This document shows, piece after piece, positions 25,769 through 34,212 of a stretch of DNA of 34,212 bases. Source of the stretch: Octopus bimaculoides. Taxonomy: Eukaryota. The notes below the pieces were generated by a model, which saw only the letters and a list, made by a program, of their open reading frames with translations, did no database searches and was not told the origin of the DNA. Each line of letters opens with the position of its first letter. Positions within the stretch are counted from its first letter, which is position 1. The position numbers and the translations under genes are program-made. The DNA is taken from the NCBI RefSeq assembly GCF_001194135.2, contig NC_069001.1, forward strand, positions 27,922,349 to 27,956,560. The letters are read 5' to 3'.

Positions 25769-26329
25769 AAAGCCGATTTAGCAGTGGCAGGTCTTAGCAT
25801 CAGTTACATAAGGGAGCAAGTTATCGATTTTACCAAACCTTTTCTCAACCTCGGAATTAGTATCCTATTTAAAGTTCCAAAACGTGAAAAACCAGGGTTA
25901 TTTTCTTTTCTGAATCCACTAGCCATAGAGATATGGTTGTACGTAATCGCTGCCTACCTTGTCGTCAGCTTTACAATATTCATTTTAGCCAGATTTAGCC
26001 CCTACGAATGGTACAATCCACATCCTTGTAACCAAGATGCAGATACTGTTATGAATTCATTTACATTATCAAACAGTTTCTGGTTTACTGTGGGAACATT
26101 GATGCAACAGGGTTCAGATATCAACCCAAGAGCTGTGTCCACCCGTATTGTAGGCGGAATTTGGTGGTTTTTCACACTGATTATCATTTCGTCATACACA
26201 GCCAACCTTGCGGCGTTTCTTACAGTGGAACGTATGGTATCCCCTATCGAAAGTGCCGAGGATTTGGCCAAGCAGACTGAGATATCCTATGGGACACTCG
26301 TTGGCGGATCAACTATGACTTTCTTTCAG
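25769..26329 (+). CDS. GRIK2-like: Kainate-type iGluR exon B (end of S1, M1, M2 pore loop, M3, start of S2), 187 codons, phase 0-0
   Basis: Polypyrimidine tract plus tttcAG ends at 25768; donor GTaaga starts at 26330. Translates [25 protein letters not shown]...[13 protein letters not shown]...[16 protein letters not shown]...GGSTMTFFQ and continues exon A (LIDR|KADL). Confidence 0.97.
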
Positions 26330-27349
26330 GTAAGAAATACATTTTCTTTATCCCATGTTTGTATTTGTCTTTCTCTTCAGAAATGTTCCGTTCTTTTACC
26401 TTTACTTGTTCGAGAGTTGTAAGAAATGCCTTGTTGAATCTGTTGACGCTCTTCTTCTTATTATTATGATAATTATGATTATTATTATTATTATTTTGGA
26501 GGGTCATTCTGCCAATAATAGTAGCAACACGCGCACAAGTTCAGTTCCACTTCACTATTGCTAGTCAATTCGTTAAGTGTCTAAACAATTTACTAATCTC
26601 GATCGTTTATTTATTTAATGTTTTGGTTTAAACAATCACTCGGTTCTTTGTTGGTCTTTAAAAAGATCCCGAACACTACGAAGGAACTTCAACTAGCAAA
26701 GAATCGATAAATTGCATAAACGAACCCATTCAACAAGCGAACGATTACTTAGTTGGGTGGTGACCAACTGACTAACAATACGAAGTGTAACTGAACCTGT
26801 GCTTGTATCATTATTATCGGCGTAATGACTTAGCACAGACACAGCAAAATGCTTTACAAAGTCTATCGAAAGAACTACCGTTATAATAATTCAAAAATTC
26901 AAGCGTTATTCAAGTGCTGAATATTGTTATTTCGCTTCTCAAACAGAACCATTTTTCAGGAGATTGAAGGAAGAAGGAACATGCTTATTTCATACATCAA
27001 TTCACACACGCCGGGGCGATAGAACAGTTTTCCTTTCATATTTTGTACTCTACATTTATCCCTGTGTTCCCACACGTTCATATATGCATACACACGTACA
27101 TTGTTTGTTAGTTATTATCAATTCCGGCAGAATTTGCACGGGGAGTCAAGGATGAGGAGTTTCGTATTGCAAATAAAGCGGCTTACGAATGATAATTCTC
27201 TAGATTGTTCCAGAATAAAATTTAAAAACAATTACATTTTATAATTTGCAATTTACTCTACTACAATCCAGAGAATTATCATCAGAACAATATATGTATA
27301 ACATGGACTCCCCTGATGATATCTTTATAGTGATCAAATGTTTGTGTTC

Positions 27350-27558
27350 ACGTAAGATCACTCCCTCCATCAAATCGACATTACCTGTACAGGTTCACGA
27401 CGTGCCGCATGTCAAATGACGAAATGACGAAATCACGCAGAGCGACGTGAAATGAAGTTTTTTGCTCAAGAACGCAACTCAACGCCCGGTCTGGAAATTG
27501 AAAGCACAATCTCGCAATCGTGAATGCACCACCTTACCACTAAGCCATGCACTTTCAC
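27350..27558 (-). mobile_element. tRNA-derived SINE, family 4 (diverged)
   Basis: Minus strand reads tggcttagtggtaagg (A box)..ttcaatttccagaccggg..gttcttgagcaaaaaacttca..cctgtacaggtaatgtcgatttgat, and is related to 31561-31760. Confidence 0.65.
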
Positions 27559-27625
27559 ACACCCACACAAAGCAACAGGTTGTATTGGGTCACATGTTAA
27601 CAATAACGTAAGAACGACTTGATGT

Positions 27626-27800
27626 ATATAATACGAAGGTCAGGAGGTATGAAATGGTATGGTCAGGAGGTATGAGATGAATATATTTATTTAGCCAGTT
27701 GATACCCATAGAATGGCGGCCGTTTCGCGAAACGGCCATCATGCTATGGATATCAACTAGTGAAATAAATGTATTCTCATACATCCCGACTTTTTTTATA
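27626..27800. mobile_element. Palindromic hairpin element (MITE-like)
   Basis: Perfect 20-nt palindrome GGCCGTTTCGCGAAACGGCC at 27718-27737. Arms stay complementary with few mismatches out to about 27662 and 27790. The left end carries a 23-nt-period duplication. Confidence 0.65.
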
Positions 27801-28053
27801 TTCCATTTACTACTCATGAAATAATCTTCACTGATTGTATTTACTGGATAAGGCTCTACATTACACACCTAGCTATAGGTTAACTACGTGGTTTGTAGCC
27901 TGGTCCTCTAAAACAGGTTTTTTTTTTCTTTCTGTTTACTAATGGTTTATATCAATTCATATATTGTGCAGTCTGTGTGTTTGTGTGATTGTGTGAGTGT
28001 TAATTGAAGTCAATTCATATTTCCATTTTAACACAAACGTTTTGTACATTCAG

Positions 28054-28279
28054 GAATCCAAGATAGAGACTTATCAAAGAATGTGGGCCTTCATGGAGAG
28101 TAGAGAACCAACAGTTTTTACAAAAACATACGATGAAGGTATTCAGTACGTCTTAGAAGGAAATTACGCATATTTAATGGAGTCAACAATGATTGACTAT
28201 ATAACGCAACGTAACTGTGAATTAATGCAAGTCGGTGGACTTTTGGACACGAAAGGATATGGAATCGGTACACCAATGA
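28054..28279 (+). CDS. GRIK2-like: Kainate-type iGluR exon C (S2), 226 nt, phase 0-1
   Basis: Acceptor cattcAG ends at 28053; donor GTgagt starts at 28280. Translates ESKIETYQRMWAFMESR...YAYLMESTMIDYITQRNCELMQVGGLLDTKGYGIGTPM plus one A. Confidence 0.95.
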
Positions 28280-28297
28280 GTGAGTAACAACAATTTT

Positions 28298-28480
28298 TTT
28301 TACTCTTTAATTTGTTTCAGTAATTTGACTGTGGCCATGCTGGAGCAAATCGACTCCCGAGCTTATTCTTTGTAAGCCTAATATTTATTCTATCGGTCTG
28401 ATATGCCGAACCGCTAAGTTACGCGGACGTAAACACACCAGTATCGGTTGTCAAACAATGTTGGTGGGGACAAACAGACA

Positions 28481-28554
<74 letters not shown>

Positions 28555-28711
28555 CGACGGGCTTCTTCCAGTTTCCGTGTACCAAATCCACTCAGGCTTT
28601 GGTCGGGCAGAGGCTATAGTAGACACTTACCCATGGTGCTATGCAGTGGGACTGAACCCGGAACCATGTGATTGGTAAGCAAGCTACTTACCACACAGCC
28701 AATCCTGCGCC
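28298..28711 (-). mobile_element. SINE family 2, near full length, starting about 18 nt after the exon C donor
   Basis: Reverse complement of the 23823 copy, with an intact head ending ..ccacacagccaatcctgcgcc. Confidence 0.88.
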
Positions 28712-28744
28712 TATACATGTACCTTTTATCTATCACATTTATCT

Positions 28745-29135
28745 ATAAATTGTTTCAGTCATTAGACTCTGGTCATGCTGGAGCACAACCTTGAAGAATT
28801 TTTAGTCGAACGAAGAAACGTCAGTACTTTTTTTTAAAGCCTGGTACTTATTCGATCGATCACTTTTGCCGAAAGACTGTGTTATGGGTTAGTAAACAGA
28901 CTAACTCCGGTTATCGAGCGGTGATGGTGAGGACAAACATAGACACAAAGACACGCACTATTAGATATATACATATACATATGCGATGGGCTTCTTTCAT
29001 TTTCCGTCTACCACATCCACTCACAGGCCTTTGGTTGGCCTGAAGCTATAGTAGACGACACCTGACCAAGGTGCCACGCAAAGGGACTGAACTAGGAACC
29101 ATATGGTTGGTATGCACGCTTCATACCACACAATT
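28745..29135 (-). mobile_element. SINE family 2, older copy in tandem with the previous one
   Basis: tgtttcagtcattagactctggtcatgctggagc..gggcttctttcattttccgtctacc..ccaaggtgccacgc. Confidence 0.8.
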
Positions 29136-29921
29136 ACAGATGTACATTTCCTGTTGCATTTGTTTTTAATTTTGTTGATGTTTTTATGGCTGCGTTCTTG
29201 GTGGTGGACCTAGCGTGGTTGTTAATGGTGTGGTTTGACAAGTCAGCACAGAAAAGTATGAGAGATGTTAAAGTGAGGAATACCTTACGATATCTTCTCC
29301 GTTTTGCTGTGCACTCAATTCTCTATCTATCTCTCCTTTGCCAACCAGTTTTCTTTTTGTTTTTTTTTAGTATCTATTCAATGTTTCATTAAAGCATCAG
29401 TCAGTTACTGGATCGATCGTCTGCCACCTCTCTCTCTCTCTCTCTCTCTCTCTCCGTCCCTACTCCCTCACTCTTTCCTTCCCCTCTCTCTATGTATCAT
29501 GTGTGTGTTTGTGAGTGTATATACAGAAAAGGAGAGAGTGAGAGAGAGATGGTCAGATAGAGAAAAAGACACAGACAAACAGATAGACAGGTGGGGGGGG
29601 GCAGACAGTCAGACATGCGTTTTCTATAATGTGCACATGTGCGAGTGTTGCATCCATTTATGCAAGAATATGTGCATGGAATTATTCAATTAAAAATATT
29701 ATTACTGAGACTCGTAATAGAAAGAAACTAATAGTAATTGTGATGGAGGGGAGTACAATCATGTTTGCCGTGGCCTTGGTGCATTAAAAATGTTAGAAAA
29801 TAAAAGTTAGCTCGTTTTTCATTTATCAGATCTTGTCGCTGTAATATTGTCTCCCTTGCATTTATTTGAATCAGGAATTATTTCCCTTGGATTGAAATTT
29901 CTCCAAATATTTTCCTCCATA

Positions 29922-30154
29922 TTGGCAGAATTGTTAGCACGTCGGACGAAATGCTTAGCGGTATTTCGTTTGCCGTTACGTTCTGAGTTCAATTTCCACC
30001 GAGGTAGACTTTGCCTTTCATCCTTTCATCCTTTCAGGGTTGATTAAATAACTACCAGTTACGTCCAGGGGTCGATGTAATCGACTTAATCTCTTTGTCT
30101 GTCCTTGTTTGTCCCCTCTATGTTTAGCCCTTCGTGGGCAATAACGAAATAAAT
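29922..30154 (+). mobile_element. SINE family 1, B-tail variant
   Basis: Same body and same distinctive tail (ctgtccttgtttgtcccctctatgtttagccc..gtgggcaataacgaaata) as the 14591-14820 minus-strand copy. Confidence 0.88.
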
Positions 30155-30434
30155 ATATTCAGCTTGCAAAACGAACGGTGAACATTTGGCTTTGTTCACC
30201 GCAAAGAAGTGTTTACTTGTATAACATTTTCAAATTTGATACAATACTAGAGTTTGTACCAAAAAGGACAAATAAATGAGATGATGGTTTTCAAAATTTC
30301 ACGGATATTTTTCTACTTATTGTAACATTTATATGTTCAATTGTTTTGACTGTTTTTTTGTTTTTCCTTTGAACATTGATTTGAAAATAATTAAAACTTG
30401 ATTATTTATCTTCTGTTTATTTCTCAACGATTAG

Positions 30435-30706
30435 ATTCGCCGTATCGAGACAAACTATCGCTAGCAATTTTAGAATTGCAAGAAGGAGGCAAAATCCACG
30501 AACTTTATAACAAGTGGTGGAAAGCAACGGGTACATGTAACCGCGATGAAAACAAAAAGGAATCAAAAGCGAATGCTTTAGGTGTGGAAAATGTGGGCGG
30601 CATATTTGTAGTTCTCCTTGCTGGTTTGGCGCTTGCAGTTGTTGTGGCACTGATAGAGTTCACCTGGAGTTCAAAACGAAATGCTTCAGAAGACAGAGTC
30701 AGTAAG
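30435..30706 (+). CDS. GRIK2-like: Kainate-type iGluR exon D (end of S2, M4, start of cytoplasmic tail), phase 1-0
   Basis: Acceptor gattAG ends at 30434; split codon A|AT = Asn. Translates SPYRDKLSLAILELQEGGKIHELYNKWWKATGTC...LGVENVGGIFVVLLAGLALAVVVALIEF...EDRVSK. Best donor is GTAAGT at 30707; alternatives at 30698 and 30702. Confidence 0.92.
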
Positions 30707-30751
30707 GTAAGTAGTTGAAGCTTCTTTCATTCCATAATTAAGACATTATAT

Positions 30752-30845
30752 TGGCAAAATCGGTAGAGCATGGGGCAAAGGATTTTGCGGTATTTAAATG
30801 TGGAATATTACGTTCTGAGTTTAAACATCACCAAAGGTGGCTTCA
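30752..30845 (+). mobile_element. Degenerate SINE family 1 head fragment
   Basis: ttggcaaaatcggtag..gcggtattt..acgttctgagtttaaa. Confidence 0.5.
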
Positions 30846-31560
30846 GTTTACATACGACTGGATTAACCAGCTATACATTACGCTATAATCTACAGTATTA
30901 AGTCTGTCTTGGAAATCAATATTAATTCACTAATTACGGCATTTGATTGGTAGAATTCGGATTTAAATATGACGATATGCGTCATAAATTCTATTCCAAG
31001 ACCCCCTTAAATATTCTTCTTCTGGGGGTTACTAAAACGAAAAACTAGTCATTTTCTGGGCCTGATTTTATCAGTTATATTTCTCTAAATGCAAGGCGTA
31101 TTTTAGAAATAATAATTGATTCATTAATTAGGATGTCGGATTGGCAAAATCATTACATCAGTGGATGAAATTTCCAGTGGTATTTAGTTACAGTTATAAA
31201 TGTTCTAAGTCTGCGTCATTTCGTGATCAAAAAATAATATAGAATATAAAATATCTGGTGATTGAATAAAAGCGAAATTGCATATTATCGACCTTGGTGG
31301 GTTTTGAACTCAGAACATAAACAACTATAACTAAATACTACATAATGTTAAGCATCCACTGTTACCGCACTCGTCCCATTGGCATCACTATTACATGAAT
31401 GTAGTTGAGCAGAAATAATATGCCGGTGGACAGTTGTATGTGTTAAACTATTTTTATATTTAGTACAGTCTGATGCAAATAAAATATTCAAATTTCTGGG
31501 AAATGAAAGAAGTCACCCAATTGCTTCCTATGCATATTGGTCTGCATTATAGTCCCCAAA

Positions 31561-31760
31561 TGAGGGCGGATGTTTTAGTGGTTAGCGTGTCATATTTGCG
31601 ATCGAGAGATCGTGGCTTCGTTCCCTGGACCGGGTACTGCGTTGTGTTTTTTGAACAAAACACATCCTGTCACGATGCTCTGTAATCACTTCAACGCCTG
31701 ACGTGTGATACACTCTGCTCCTGTTCAGGCAAAGTCGAATTGATACAAGGACTGACACGC
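31561..31760 (+). mobile_element. tRNA-derived SINE, family 4 (diverged)
   Basis: ttagtggttagcg..ttcgttccctggaccggg..gtgttttttgaacaaaacac..cctgttcaggcaaagtcgaattgat. Confidence 0.6.
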
Positions 31761-31957
31761 AAGCAGCAATTTGGCAAATGATATAATTGATATAAACTAA
31801 TCCCAGTCAACCACTGAACCGGTGTTATGGACTGATACCTCACTAAAATTTGTGATATTAGCAATAATTTTTTTGTTTGTTGTTTTTTTAATTTCTTTTG
31901 AGTAGGTAATAATATAAGTCACAAATTCACATGTAACACCTTACATCAGTTAATCTT

Positions 31958-32175
31958 AATATTGCTTTTAAATTTTGACACAAAGTAAGCAATTTCGGGT
32001 GAGGAGATAAGTCGATTACATCGATCCCCAGTGTTCAACTGGTACTTATTTTATCCACCCCGAAAGGGAGAAAGGTGAAGTCGACCTCGGCGGAATTTGA
32101 ACTCAGAACGTAAAGACGGGCGAAATATTACTCAGCATTTTTCCTGGCACGGTAATGATTCTGCTAGCTTGCCAC
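31958..32175 (-). mobile_element. SINE family 1, full length (left arm of a head-to-head pair)
   Basis: gtcgattacatcgatccccagtgttcaactggtac..ccccgaaaggg..gtcgacctcggcggaatttgaactcagaacgtaaagac. Confidence 0.88.
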
Positions 32176-32209
32176 TTTACTTAAGCTTAATATTATACGT
32201 ATAGTAAAT

Positions 32210-32424
32210 GGGGTGAGCTAGCAGAATCATTAGAATTCAGGGGAAAATGCTTAGTGGTATTTCGTACGTTTTTACGTTCCGAGTACAAATTCCAGTGAGG
32301 TCCACTTTGCCTTTCATCCTTTCGGAGTCGATAAAATAAGAACAAGTTAAGCACTGAGGTGGGTATCATCGATTTACCCCTCCCTTCGAAATTGCTGGCT
32401 TGTGCCTGAATCAGAAACAATATT
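32210..32424 (+). mobile_element. SINE family 1, full length (right arm of a head-to-head pair)
   Basis: gggtgagctagcagaatcattag..aatgcttagtggtatttcg..ctttgcctttcatcctttcggagtcgataaa..gaaattgctgg. Confidence 0.88.
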
Positions 32425-34136
32425 AGACGTATAGTGTTCAAATCCTATAAAGGCTGTCTATAAGTTTCCTCACTACTGTTTTAATACATGAGCCCACTCA
32501 AAATGCATTAGTAGATTTGGATGAGCAGTGTTTACAAACCCGTTTGACTGCTCCTGTACCTCAACTGTAGATTTAATTCGACTTCCGGTTCGTCAACACC
32601 AGGCATATTGTTGCCTTTAGTAGAGACCACCCTATTCTAACTAACTAGAACAAATTTTCAGAGGAATAATAGTTTAATACATGTTGACCTTTATCTACAT
32701 ACACCAGTCAATCTCCGAAATCCTATAGAATACTTATTTATCTTCTTTAAAGCATTTTAAACCAAATATCAAAAGTAGTTATTACAAATATTTTGAAAAC
32801 TCAAAAGGTAAAAAAAAACTGCATTAAAAACGATAAAAATGATTTACAAAAATTATAGCAAAAATACATGATAGTAATTTACTAAAATTATAATAAAAAA
32901 TGGTTTTAATTATGATTTATTCTATTTCGCTATTTTCCTTACCCTAAAAGTATGTAACTGTATGATAATAACTCGAAAGAAATCGATGTTGAGTTAGAAA
33001 TGTGACTTGTAATACGCTAATAGAAAGATGCATGACAATCTGAATCTTAAAGGAACTACTTCCTACTAGCGGTCCAGTGGATCGAGTTATATAAATTGTG
33101 GGTTTTCTTGATGTTGAGACCCATGTATGTCAACCCTGAATGAGCGTAGGTATTTCTAATCGAGTGAGTGACTACATGGACAAACACTCATTGACAAAAG
33201 TCCGTTGATGTTATATATTCGTAATTTGTGGCATGTTTATTCAAATTGTCATTATAGTATTTTTGTGAATTTTGTTTAAGTCAGATGACGATTGTCAGCG
33301 CCCGTCTACGTTTTATGATTTTGTTTCCGCAGGTAATAGAAGTGGAGAAAAAAAAAAGAGATATGTGAATATAGGAAATTTATGCTGCAAATCGTTAGAA
33401 AGGAGACATAGTTTGATTACTGATATCAAACGGCCGAAAGAATTAGGTCTGTCAATCAAAATGTAGGGTAGACGTCATTCGACGAGCTTCCGTACACTTT
33501 CTGCTAAATCATAACAACTTAAATATATTGTGTCTTCCTAGCTGGTACAAGTCACACGTTCAATGTAGTGCACACGGATATCGAACTAAGAATCGCATTA
33601 TTAACAAGCGAGTTTCTTAAAGAGATGCTTGTAATGCTTTACTAAGGCGTATCCTTCCTCCATTAGAGACAGACGTCTGTTTTACACGAAGCAACGTTGT
33701 TATATCAGTTACTGAGAGAGTAGGAAGGGAAAAGAAAAAGAAAGGGTATCGGAGTGAAATTTTCTCAGTGTATATTCCCTGCCTTTATATTCGGATTTCT
33801 AATTATTTATTAGAAAATTCTGAAATTCATCTCTTCTGGGACCAATGTCAGAAAGTAATGATCATATAGATGCCAAACTTATTCAATATTATAATGATAT
33901 TATAATGATATATGCTTTTATCAATGTAGAAAAGCATTTTTGTTTAGGCTTCTGCTTAATAGGATTCATTAATACAGAAAACTAGAAAACTAACGATTAA
34001 AGATAATTAGGAGATAAAATAGAGAATTAAAACGGTTCTATAAATAAATATCCTTGACATTCAAAACAACTAATTGGCGTAATCATTATGAGACAATGAT
34101 ATTAATTCCAATAATCATGCTACTGCCACAGTATGC

Positions 34137-34176
<40 letters not shown>

Positions 34177-34212
34177 TGGCCTTGTGCCTATGTACATATA
34201 TTTATATATATA

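Noticed and set aside
33332-33410. Good-looking acceptor ttttgtttccgcAG as the next receptor exon
   Set aside because: Phase-0 reading gives VIEVEKKKRDM*, with no similarity to iGluR tails, and it runs into SINE-like remnant sequence.

Overview
AT-rich, microsatellite-dense eukaryotic genomic DNA with seven N-gaps. SINE and repeat content suggest an octopus or other coleoid cephalopod (inference). The + strand carries four coding exons of a kainate-type ionotropic glutamate receptor: 11164-11361, 25769-26329, 28054-28279 and 30435-30706. They splice in frame (GT-AG) into about 419 codons covering S1, M1-M3 (SYTANLAAF), S2 and M4. N-terminal and final C-terminal exons were not found. The rest is intron, filled with at least four tRNA-derived SINE families, three fragments of an R4/Dong-clade retrotransposon in (TAA)n arrays, a decayed mariner whose 3' end is an inverted copy of its 5' end, and two hairpin MITE-like elements. 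The most notable pattern is the amount of potential pre-mRNA double-stranded structure. It includes a candidate editing-complementary sequence pairing over the Q/R pore codon, closely spaced inverted SINE pairs, and inverted repeats bracketing exons. This suggests ADAR editing or back-splicing control. All pairings were found by eye and not computed.
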